Shown here: piece by piece, positions 18,097-26,974 of the stretch
How positions within the stretch are numbered: the first letter of the stretch is position 1
Layout of the letters: the number at the start of each line of letters is the position of its first letter
Assembly: GCA_037441675.1 (NCBI GenBank)
Contig: JBBIRS010000008.1
Location: forward strand, 1 to 64,000
Source: Planctomycetales bacterium
GTDB taxonomy: Bacteria; 4484-113
DNA length: 64,000 bases
Direction of reading: 5' to 3'
Program-made: the position numbers and the translations under genes
The notes under the pieces: model-generated
Databases searched by the model: none
What the model saw: the letters and a program-made list of their open reading frames with translations, nothing else
What the model was told of the DNA's origin: nothing

Positions 18097-19347
18097 TTAG
18101 CCTTTACGTCTAGCTTCAAGCTCCTTGCGCATTTCAAGTGAAACATCTTCCAACTTGGCTCGCTGGCTTCTCTGTAGCGCCCGAACGTATGCCACAATTG
18201 CCCATCGATCCAGAACCGGTATTTGACTTCCGTAGGCTGGCATATTTCTGATTCCATTTGTTATGGTGTTAAAGATGTGACCAACTTGCCTTGCGCGAAC
18301 CGTAGCGTCATGGAGGTTAGATGGCGGAACCCATGTTGCCTGCTCCAACTCTTCAGCGCGCTTGGCTGTACTTCCGTGACCGTAACCATCTAATCCATGA
18401 CAGGTGGCGCAGTATATCTCAAATCTATTTTGACCTCTCTTGATAAACTCCTCTGAAATTGTGAGGGGAAAAGTCGTAGCCCAGTCGCCGTTAATTTTGC
18501 CACGGTAGAAATGATCGTCCTCTCTAAGTTCGCCACGAGCTATGGTGCCCGCCACCGGTAGACGCATCGCTCGTCCATCTATAAAGAGAGTGCTTTCTGC
18601 CTGCGCCTTGAGTTTTTGTTGCTTGTCCATATCAGGAATTATTGAAAGTCGTGGAACAGGTGAACTCTTGCTCCGAATCAATGCAATATTCGCTAGAGGA
18701 ACTATGGCAATGGCGACTAGAATTAGAAGCGTATAGGGAAGTCCCTTGGGCAGAAGATAGGTTGACGGTGGAAAACCATATATCTCATCAACAGTGGATG
18801 CGCCTAGAGATAGAAGAGCGTCTTTGGTTTTGATTGGGTCAAAGGCGGGCTCTGTTGCGTCTATGGAAATGAAGAAGCGGTCGTTAGTCACTCTTTTGAA
18901 AACATTGCTCCTATATACGGGATGGGCAAACCTCGGCAAACCGCCAAAAAAGAGAATGCCAAGGAAAGTCCCCAGCGCGGAAAAGAGGATGGTAAGCTCA
19001 AAGGTTATAGGAATATTGGCGGGCAAGCTGAAATATGGCTTTCCACTAACAAGAAATGGATAATTGAACGCATTCGTGTACCATTGAAGGAGAAGGGCAA
19101 CTGTGGCGCCACTTAATCCCGAGAGAAAAATGAACCACCGAAATATGGTGACTCTCATTCTTTCAAGACCGCTAATTTCATGGATGGGAAAAGGGGTGTA
19201 AACATCAAAATGACGAAAGCCCACTTGCTTGATTGCCTTTGTCGCGCGGATTATTCCAGCCACACTTTCAAACTCTGCAAGTAAGCAAACAGGTCGCTCA
19301 ACTTGCGCCTCCTGAATGCTCAAGCTAACTTTCTTAGAATTACTCAT
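18097..19347 (-). CDS. Alternative complex III ActD-ActE fusion (DUF3341 plus monoheme cytochrome c)
   Basis: DVYTPFPIH and PITFELTILF (ActD); DMDKQ, YCATCHG, GIRNMPAY, DRWAIVAYVRALQ (ActE). Confidence 0.9.
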   Translation of the reverse strand: MSNSKKVSLSIQEAQVERPVCLLAEFESVAGIIRATKAIKQVGFRHFDVYTPFPIHEISGLERMRVTIFRWFIFLSGLSGATVALLLQWYTNAFNYPFLVSGKPYFSLPANIPITFELTILFSALGTFLGILFFGGLPRFAHPVYRSNVFKRVTNDRFFISIDATEPAFDPIKTKDALLSLGASTVDEIYGFPPSTYLLPKGLPYTLLILVAIAIVPLANIALIRSKSSPVPRLSIIPDMDKQQKLKAQAESTLFIDGRAMRLPVAGTIARGELREDDHFYRGKINGDWATTFPLTISEEFIKRGQNRFEIYCATCHGLDGYGHGSTAKRAEELEQATWVPPSNLHDATVRARQVGHIFNTITNGIRNMPAYGSQIPVLDRWAIVAYVRALQRSQRAKLEDVSLEMRKELEARRKG

Positions 19348-19349
19348 TT

Positions 19350-20828
19350 CTATTCCGATACCCCGGTATTAGCGCTCCTCAATTCGTGATTGTAAAAAGC
19401 CTCCTTCAACTTTGTTGATACTTCTATCTCAGTATTTTCAGTAGGATGAGCTTGAGGCATAACTCCCTTGACTTCAGATATAGCAATCATAGGAAGAAAT
19501 CTTAAAAATAAGAGAAACAAGCTAAAGAATAAGCCGAAACTACCGAGAAGGATAAGAATGTCCACCCAGGTTGGTTTGTACATTCCCCAACTAGATGGAA
19601 GAAAATCTCTATGCAGAGAAGTTATCACTATGACGAACCGCTCAAACCACATTCCGATGTTGACTAGAATTGAAATGATCCACATGCAAATAATGTTTGT
19701 GCGTAATTTCTTTATCCAGAACACCTGAGGGGCAATCACATTACAAAAGACCATTAACCAATATGCCCAGGCGTAAGGACCAAGCGCGCGGTTCCAGAAG
19801 ACGAAAAGCTCGGTGCTATTCCCGCTGTACCATGCGGTGAAAAACTCAATTGCATAAGCGTAACCTACCAGAAGGCTGGTAGTGAGAATTAGCTTGTTCA
19901 TATTTTCCAGATGATGGAGAGTGATTAAGTCCTTTAGCTTGAATATGCTCCGTATTGGAACGACCAATGTAACCACGAGAGCCATCCCGCTAAAAATAGC
20001 GCCGGCAACGAAGTAGGGCGGGAAAATCGTAGTATGCCAGCCGGGTAGAAGTGAAACCGCAAAGTCAAAGCTAACAACTGAGTGAACACTTAAAACCAGT
20101 GGGGTAGCGAGCGCTGCGAGAATTAAGTAGCCTGCCTCGTAGAGCTCCCAGTGCCGAATAGACCCACGCCAGCCCAAGCTTAGAATTCCATACGTTATTT
20201 GCCTTGCTTTAGTGGTAGCGCGGTCTCTGAGCGTTGCTAAATCGGGTATCATCCCAAGATACCAAAACATAAGAGAAACTAGTAGATAAGTGCCAACAGC
20301 GAATACGTCCCATAGGAGTGGGCTTCTGAAGTTGGGCCACATATTCATTTGATTGGGGTAATACGGAAACACCCAGTAAATCACCCAGATGCGCCCCACA
20401 TGAATTGCTGGAAATAAGCCTGCGCAGAAGATTGCGAAAATGGTCATCGCCTCTGCAATACGATTGATACTGGTTCTCCATCTCTGCCTAAAAAGGAACA
20501 AAATGGCTGAAATAAGCGTTCCCGCATGAGCAATTCCAACCCAAAAAACGAAGTTAACAATTGCAAATCCCCACGCTACTGGAACATTTAATCCCCAAAC
20601 ACCAAGACCAACGCCAACCGTGTAGGCTATCATTATAAGAAGAGTGAATAGAAGTGAGCCTGCAATTCCAAGGGCAATTAACCAACTGGTAGGATGCCTT
20701 TTTTGCTCCACAACAGCGCAAACTTTCTCGGTAACAGTTGCAAAGTCATTCTCACCTAGAACAAGCAAGGGAGGATGAATGGGATCATCTACCGCATTAT
20801 CAATCTCTCGTTGTCTGATAGCTTCCAT
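19350..20828 (-). CDS. actC: Alternative complex III subunit ActC (NrfD/PsrC family quinol-binding subunit)
   Basis: [48 protein letters not shown]. Confidence 0.95.
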   Translation of the reverse strand: MEAIRQREIDNAVDDPIHPPLLVLGENDFATVTEKVCAVVEQKRHPTSWLIALGIAGSLLFTLLIMIAYTVGVGLGVWGLNVPVAWGFAIVNFVFWVGIAHAGTLISAILFLFRQRWRTSINRIAEAMTIFAIFCAGLFPAIHVGRIWVIYWVFPYYPNQMNMWPNFRSPLLWDVFAVGTYLLVSLMFWYLGMIPDLATLRDRATTKARQITYGILSLGWRGSIRHWELYEAGYLILAALATPLVLSVHSVVSFDFAVSLLPGWHTTIFPPYFVAGAIFSGMALVVTLVVPIRSIFKLKDLITLHHLENMNKLILTTSLLVGYAYAIEFFTAWYSGNSTELFVFWNRALGPYAWAYWLMVFCNVIAPQVFWIKKLRTNIICMWIISILVNIGMWFERFVIVITSLHRDFLPSSWGMYKPTWVDILILLGSFGLFFSLFLLFLRFLPMIAISEVKGVMPQAHPTENTEIEVSTKLKEAFYNHELRSANTGVSE

Positions 20829-20869
20829 TTCTTACTTTCATTTTTAAGTTTTAAGGGCCACCTTTAAGG

Positions 20870-21514
20870 TTATCTATGACACGCCCAACAGTCTGTGGAA
20901 GGATTGACGTTGTACTCTTCCTTCAATTTCTCACCTAAGCTTTGCTGATTTCCTTCGGGAACCCAGTCCATCTTTGTCACGTATTCCTTAGGGCGCAAAT
21001 ACCTTTCCGGCTTTCTGTGGCAATCCAAACACCAAGCCATATTTAGGGGCTTAGCTTGATAGACAACATCCATTCTGTCTATTCTTCCGTGGCAGGTTAC
21101 GCAACCTACACCTTTATTAACGTGAGCACTATGGTTGAAGTATACAAAGTCGGGTAGAGAATGCACACGAACCCATTTTATTGGTTTGTCTGTGGTGTAA
21201 CTTTCTCTTAACGGCACAATCTTTTCACTCGTGGGCAGAATTGTTTTGTGGCAATTCATGCATACTTGGGTGGCCGGAATGGACGCCTTTGCACTAAATT
21301 CAACTGTGCTGTGACAATACCTACAGTCCATGCCAAGCTTTCCCGCGTGGGTGGCATGGCTGTATGGCACTGGTTGAATCGGTTGATAACCAACAGAAGT
21401 GGTAATTGGCGAAGTAGCAAAGGCTATTACTACTCCGAGATAAACGATACCAAGAATTAATAGAACGCCTAGCAGGCGAACAAATTTATCCACCCATGGA
21501 TTAAACATAATCAC
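20870..21514 (-). CDS. actA: Alternative complex III subunit ActA, pentaheme cytochrome c
   Basis: Five CxxCH motifs (CRYCH, CMNCH, CVTCH, CLDCH, CWACH); QPVPYSH; N-terminal TM. Confidence 0.95.
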   Translation of the reverse strand: MIMFNPWVDKFVRLLGVLLILGIVYLGVVIAFATSPITTSVGYQPIQPVPYSHATHAGKLGMDCRYCHSTVEFSAKASIPATQVCMNCHKTILPTSEKIVPLRESYTTDKPIKWVRVHSLPDFVYFNHSAHVNKGVGCVTCHGRIDRMDVVYQAKPLNMAWCLDCHRKPERYLRPKEYVTKMDWVPEGNQQSLGEKLKEEYNVNPSTDCWACHR

Positions 21515-21847
21515 ATTTCAAATCAGGATATGTGATTTTATCCAACACTAGTTATTGAGTCAATATAATATTGAGTATGCGTATATATTATTTTATGTGA
21601 AAGGCTCTATTATAAGAAAGTGAGGCCTAGCTCAAGATGATAGAGAATTTGGGTTAATTACAACTTCATTTACCACCAACAACCAATGTCACAAAGTTGA
21701 GGTACTATTTATATTCACACCAATTTGAAGAATTTACTTAAGAGGGGCAATCTGTTCTGAAATTAGGTGGCAGAGATTGAACGCAACTGTTGGGTAAAAT
21801 ACGCCTTCAAGTATGTGATAATATAGATTAGGGAAAGCCCCAAAGGC

Positions 21848-21922
21848 GGGGATATAGCTCAGAGGTAGAGCGTTCGGTTCGCATCCGAAAGGTCGGGGGT
21901 TCGAATCCCCCTATCTCCACCA
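21848..21922 (+). tRNA. tRNA-Ala(CGC)
   Basis: GGGGATA/TATCTCC-A-CCA with G3:U70; anticodon arm TTCGG-TTCGCAT-CCGAA. Confidence 0.97.
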
Positions 21923-22086
21923 GTTGAAGTTAAATTATGTGAACTAGGGCTTTTCATAAGATTCTTGGGTTTAAATAGTAAGTGCAGTTCGTTAGATTCT
22001 TAAATAGAAACTAAATTGTTCGTGGATGTAGCGGAAGGCAAATTTTAACGTAAAATTATTGATACTCCACGATAGAGGAGAAACGA

Positions 22087-22803
22087 ATGAGGTTGAGGAT
22101 AGTTTCCTGGAATGTTCATAGTTGGAGAGACTCTTACCTCCGTCCGCGGTTTTCTGAAATGCTTCCTGTTCTTATTGGCTTTCATCCTGATATCCTTTGT
22201 TTGCAGGAAGCAAGATGGGAACCGGATAGGGGTATTCACTCACTTGAACTAGATACGCTTAGAAATGAGCTAGAGCTTTTTGGTTTTGCCTTAGCACAAA
22301 CGCACTTGAGCCCTGTAAAGAGACAAGCGACAGGTCATGTAATACTGGTTAAGGGAGAAGTGAACGAAAAGAAAGAATTTGAGATCGGCAAATTTTTTGG
22401 AATATCTAGGAAGGTTTTGCTGATTAAGACAAAAATGGATGACAAAATGCTACATGTGGCAACATCGCACATATCACCATTACCTCACCCGACGGTGTCA
22501 TTTTTAAAGTGGAGTTGGCTGCCAAGGCCGAGGGAGGCGAGAAGGCTTGTGGAAGTAACATCAGAGTTTGAACCACCATTGGTGCTTGCTGTTGATCTGA
22601 ACGCTTCGCCAGAAAGTGATGAGTATCGGGCTCTTCGTTCACTTTTTAATAAACCAGGAAGATTTCCCGCGACCCATTCTTCAGGACTTTGCGTTGATTA
22701 TATTTTTACATCACAAGATTTAGAAATCTCTCAAGTTTCAGTTAACCTTACAACTTCACCTTCCGACCACTTCCCAGTGGTAGCTGAAGTAAAGCTATCG
22801 TGA
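22087..22803 (+). CDS. Endonuclease/exonuclease/phosphatase family protein
   Basis: IVSWNV, DILCLQE, DLN, DYIF, SDHFPV. Confidence 0.9.
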   Translation: MRLRIVSWNVHSWRDSYLRPRFSEMLPVLIGFHPDILCLQEARWEPDRGIHSLELDTLRNELELFGFALAQTHLSPVKRQATGHVILVKGEVNEKKEFEIGKFFGISRKVLLIKTKMDDKMLHVATSHISPLPHPTVSFLKWSWLPRPREARRLVEVTSEFEPPLVLAVDLNASPESDEYRALRSLFNKPGRFPATHSSGLCVDYIFTSQDLEISQVSVNLTTSPSDHFPVVAEVKLS

Positions 22804-22975
22804 GTTTCCTAATAAAAGCAAATAAAGGCATCACAACAATTAGCAGTATGGATAATCCCTCGTTGAAGGACAATACTTCACTGATGACGAGTAAGGAAAC
22901 ACAGATTGCGGAATTGAGGGAGTTGTTATTCATATTCGGAGCGCGCTGGTATAATTTAAGCTCAAGGAGGGCTTT

Positions 22976-23455
22976 ATGGCCATAAGGGAATATTTCGGAA
23001 CTGCGGTTGCTAGAGGTTATAACATCGCGATTGTTGTGTCCCGCTTTAACGAACTTGTTACAAAAGAGCTTCTTCACGGAGCTGTGACAGAGTTATTGAG
23101 GCATACAGACAAGGAGTGCAATGTTGAAGTTTTTTGGGTTCCTGGAAGTTTTGAACTACCACAAACAGTCGCAAGGATTATTGAGCGAGGCGGATTTGAC
23201 GGTATTTTAGCGCTCGGTTGTCTCATAGAGGGGGAAACCGATCATTACCGAATTCTTGCTAGCGAAATTGCAAAAGGCTTAGCCAACCTTTCTTTAAAGC
23301 ATTCCTTACCCATAAGCTTTGGTGTGTTAACAACCCATAGCCTTGAGGAAGCGATGGAAAGGGCTGGAGCTAAGGCAGGAAATAAGGGTGGAGAAGCTAT
23401 GATTAGCCTACTTGAGATGATTGACCTTTACAAGAAGTTGAGGAAGAAAAGGTGA
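22976..23455 (+). CDS. ribH: 6,7-dimethyl-8-ribityllumazine synthase
   Basis: VVSRFN, VPGSFELP, ALGCLIEGETDHY, FGVLT, GNKG. Confidence 0.95.
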   Translation: MAIREYFGTAVARGYNIAIVVSRFNELVTKELLHGAVTELLRHTDKECNVEVFWVPGSFELPQTVARIIERGGFDGILALGCLIEGETDHYRILASEIAKGLANLSLKHSLPISFGVLTTHSLEEAMERAGAKAGNKGGEAMISLLEMIDLYKKLRKKR

Positions 23456-23568
23456 AAACCAAAGAGACGCTATCGCTAAGATAACTTAATACTCGTAAGA
23501 CGTTCGGATAATTCTGTGATTATATGTGATTATAGATGAGAGGCATACTCAGGCTTTAGGGGTGTGGA

Positions 23569-24300
23569 TTACACTAGGCACTCAACAGGAGAGCAGTTGT
23601 AAAGTAGAAGTTGTGGAAAGCTTCTCTTATAGCTAACAATACTAACAGTTGCGTTTTCTACCGGGAAGCGATTCAAGCCATCAACGGGAAACTGCAAGAG
23701 ATGGTGCAAAAGATAGTTTATCGGTAGTTGATGACTGAAAATTGCGATACGCTCACGTATCTCTGATCTTTTATCGAGACCAGCATTAGCACCAGCATTC
23801 TCTTGCGTAGTTAGGTGTTTATTCAGCAGGTCATTTGCGAACTCCATTGTTCTATCGATCAGCTCCTGAATTTTCTCTCCACCTGGAAATTGAAGCTCGG
23901 GATGATAGGGGACTTTGCGGATAAGCTCTTCGTAAATACCCAATTCAGAAAATAAAACGCCGTCAAGCTCTCCAGTTTTTACTTCTATTATCCTCTCGTC
24001 CACAATAAAGCTGGGTTCCTCCGATTGGGAAAGCTTTAATTCCTCAAGGAATATCTTTGCTGTGTCCACTGCACGACTAAGGGGACTGGTGTAGATTGTG
24101 GAGAATGGGATTTTATTCCCCTTTGAACCATCATATGCAGATAGGTTTTCGCGCTCTGTCGAATTGCGGAAAATCCACTTCGCAAGAAGCTTGGCCCGTT
24201 TTATCCCATTTTCGGTTAGTTTGAAGTCGGTAAGACCTCCCATTCTCTTTTCTGCATTACCAACCGACTCGCCGTGTCTAATTACGTAGATTAGAACCAT
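23569..24300 (-). CDS. Histidine phosphatase (phosphoglycerate mutase family)
   Basis: RHGES, YTSPLSRA, PGGE, FSH motifs. Confidence 0.9.
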   Translation of the reverse strand: MVLIYVIRHGESVGNAEKRMGGLTDFKLTENGIKRAKLLAKWIFRNSTERENLSAYDGSKGNKIPFSTIYTSPLSRAVDTAKIFLEELKLSQSEEPSFIVDERIIEVKTGELDGVLFSELGIYEELIRKVPYHPELQFPGGEKIQELIDRTMEFANDLLNKHLTTQENAGANAGLDKRSEIRERIAIFSHQLPINYLLHHLLQFPVDGLNRFPVENATVSIVSYKRSFPQLLLYNCSPVECLV

Positions 24301-24311
24301 TGAAGGTATTA

Positions 24312-25043
24312 CTACCCAACAACCTCTTCAACGCTTTTACCAGAAAGAACCGAGTTTGAAAAAATGTTTGTTATCTCCTCGTCTCCAGCCCATTCATCCT
24401 TGCCCTTTATCAACAGCCAATTCTCAATTCCTCGCTCCTTACGAAATCTCAGCATCCTGTATCGCCCCTTGAGCCTATTCCCAATCAAAAAAAACTCTAG
24501 TGAGCCGGAAGATAACCATAAGGACTTGGTAATATCCTTGGTGGAGACATAGTTAAGAGATGAAGGCAAATGCAAGAGAATTTTAACTTCAGTAAAATCT
24601 TTACCACTTTTTACATCTATTTCTACAGAGATTGAACCTTCCCTTAAGGCTGTACTTACCTCTTGGAGATTTATCTGCTTATCTTCGCTCGCTTTTGAGT
24701 TTAGTGGAATGTAATAACCGATGTCCCATACTATAACTTTCCCGGCGCCATACTGTCCTTCTTCAAAAACGCCTTCAAAATCCAGGTACTTCAGTGAATG
24801 ATCCTCCACTTGGACTGCAAGTCTTTTTTCACCTGATCTGATGGAAGGACCTTTGGGTATCGCCCAGGAGAGAAGAACAGGAATTTTCAGCTCTTCATTA
24901 AAAACTTCTAAGCGGAAATCGTAATGGAGGCGAGAAGATGCGTGCTTCAGCACTGAAAATCGTGGTGCGCGTTCAAGTTCAGCATCATCATACTTCTTCT
25001 CTGGGTCTGGCTTGCAAGATTGCTTTTTCCTTCTTTCTTCCAA
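24312..25043 (-). CDS. Stand-alone LigD 3'-phosphoesterase domain protein
   Basis: H.SSRLHYDFRLE, SWAIPKGPS, RLAVQVEDH, YGAGKVIVWD, LKG...WLL. Confidence 0.9.
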   Translation of the reverse strand: MEERRKKQSCKPDPEKKYDDAELERAPRFSVLKHASSRLHYDFRLEVFNEELKIPVLLSWAIPKGPSIRSGEKRLAVQVEDHSLKYLDFEGVFEEGQYGAGKVIVWDIGYYIPLNSKASEDKQINLQEVSTALREGSISVEIDVKSGKDFTEVKILLHLPSSLNYVSTKDITKSLWLSSGSLEFFLIGNRLKGRYRMLRFRKERGIENWLLIKGKDEWAGDEEITNIFSNSVLSGKSVEEVVG

Positions 25044-25094
25044 GCTTGCCTCCTTACCTTTGATTATTACTATCCTAACATTGAGCGCGGATTA

Positions 25095-25643
25095 TCACTG
25101 CACCACCTCAACGGTGATTATCTGATTTGTATATATATTAACGCTCCCTGCAATTTCAATAGATTTATACGCTATCTCCTCCGCAGAAAGGCTAGTGTTT
25201 TCATAAAGAGCCTTAGCGGCTGCCTTAGCTGCCTCGGCGCCAGAACCAATCGCGGTGAAATTTTCATCCGGCTCTATAACGTCACCATTTCCGCTAATTG
25301 TTAGGATAGTATTTTTATCCGCAGTTAGTAGAAGCGCTTCCAGTCTTCTCAGGTACTTGTCCGTCCTCCAATCTTTTGCTAGCTCAACCGCAGCGCGTTT
25401 AAGGTCTTTGAATTCCTTCAGCTTAGTTTCAAATCGCTCAAAGAGCGTCAAAGCATCCGCTACGCCTCCTGCAAACCCCGCTAGCACACTTCCATTAAAG
25501 AGACTCCTCACCTTCTTTGCATTATGTTTAAGTATCATCTCCCGATGAGTAATTTGTCCGTCACCCGCAATCGCGGTCTTTTCGTCTCTCCTTACAGCAC
25601 AAATGGTTGTGGAATGGATATCAATCTTCTTCACGTAAATCAT
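25095..25643 (-). CDS. hslV: ATP-dependent protease peptidase subunit HslV
   Basis: HSTTICAV (N-terminal Thr nucleophile), AGDGQ, AGFAG, WRTDKYLRRLEA, AIGSG. Confidence 0.96.
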   Translation of the reverse strand: MIYVKKIDIHSTTICAVRRDEKTAIAGDGQITHREMILKHNAKKVRSLFNGSVLAGFAGGVADALTLFERFETKLKEFKDLKRAAVELAKDWRTDKYLRRLEALLLTADKNTILTISGNGDVIEPDENFTAIGSGAEAAKAAAKALYENTSLSAEEIAYKSIEIAGSVNIYTNQIITVEVVQ

Positions 25644-25769
25644 CTTAACACATCATTTTCAGAACTTACTTGATTGATTTTATTTAATTATCATCCTAGC
25701 ATTAACATAGCCTGGCAACGAAAACTATGTTATAATGAAAAGACCCCAGATTAAGGAGGGCAACCCCTA

Positions 25770-26702
25770 ATGGATTCATCCACTCGACTTCAAGAGAAGC
25801 CAAGTGTTCAAGGAGAAAAGGAACTTCTTGTCTATGTAAATGGCGAGCTAGTACCAAAGAGTATGGCATCAGTATCCGTTTATGACCACGGGTTTCTTTA
25901 TGGTGATGGCGTATTTGAGGGAATTCGCTCATATGATGACGAAGTTTTCAAGCTGGATGAACACCTAAAGCGACTTTATCGCTCAGCTCACTTCTTGCAG
26001 ATAAACATTCACTTTGAATTTGAAGAGCTGAAGAGTGCGGTTCTTAACACCCTTAAGGCTAACAATCTTTATCAAGGGGCGTATATCAGGCTTGTAGTTT
26101 CAAGAGGCAAGGGAGACTTAGGCATAAACCCTCGAAAGTGTCCGGGGCCCCCCACTATCGTTATAATTACCGATAAGATACAGCTTTACCCCCCTGAGCT
26201 TTATGATGTTGGGATTCCTACTATTGTATGCTCCACCAGGAAAAACAATCCTCAATGTATAAACGCTCAAGTGAAAGCAACACAATATCTAAATAATATA
26301 CTGGGAGTTATTGAGGCAAACAATGCAGGTGTACTTGAGGCAATAATGCTAACAACTGGTGGTTATGTTACGGAAGGAACTGCGGATAACATTTTCATTG
26401 TATTGGATGGAAGAATTCTTACCCCACCAACTTACCTTGGAGTTCTTGAGGGCATAACGAGAAACTCAATAATTGAAATTGCAAAGGAATTGGGATACCC
26501 TGTTTACGAGGAAAGGTTTACCACCTACGAGCTTTACTCTGCGCAGGAATGCTGGTTTACGGGAACTGGAGCAGAATTAATTCCCGTGATTTCCATTGAT
26601 GGAAGAACTGTGGATAAGGGAGTGCCGGGTCCCATTTTCAAATCCCTGCGCGAAGAATTTAAGAAGTACATCAAGAAACACGGCACAAAAATTCCACATT
26701 AG
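25770..26702 (+). CDS. ilvE: Branched-chain amino acid aminotransferase
   Basis: DHGFLYGDGVFEGIR, VKATQY (PLP lysine), LEGITR, FTGTGAE. Confidence 0.93.
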   Translation: MDSSTRLQEKPSVQGEKELLVYVNGELVPKSMASVSVYDHGFLYGDGVFEGIRSYDDEVFKLDEHLKRLYRSAHFLQINIHFEFEELKSAVLNTLKANNLYQGAYIRLVVSRGKGDLGINPRKCPGPPTIVIITDKIQLYPPELYDVGIPTIVCSTRKNNPQCINAQVKATQYLNNILGVIEANNAGVLEAIMLTTGGYVTEGTADNIFIVLDGRILTPPTYLGVLEGITRNSIIEIAKELGYPVYEERFTTYELYSAQECWFTGTGAELIPVISIDGRTVDKGVPGPIFKSLREEFKKYIKKHGTKIPH

Positions 26703-26974
26703 CATTTTTCATTAAGATTTCTCAGGCGAGTGATAACAATATGCGGATTTTATTCTTGTCAATGTTTTGTTACTATTCACTCTAAATCTTTAGCAAACTA
26801 GGTTGAAGTTTACAGAAAGAGATGAAACTAGCAGTATGGTAGAATCCTTTTAGCGCGAAGAAAGGTTGATTGACTAGTCAAGTGAATTTTTAGGACTAGA
26901 AGAGTTGAAATAAGATTAACTCCGCTATATTCGCGGTAAGATAAGTTGAGAGCATAAGCTGGTGTGAATGAATT

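Noticed and set aside
18084..18257. Long N-terminal extension of ActF in the ORF track
   Set aside because: Overlaps the actDE 3' end; ATG 18083 follows its stop and fits better
21509..21600. Rex or Crp/Fnr box upstream of actA
   Set aside because: Only TGTGA half-sites and an AATCACAT/ATGTGATT pair with non-consensus spacing; too weak to call
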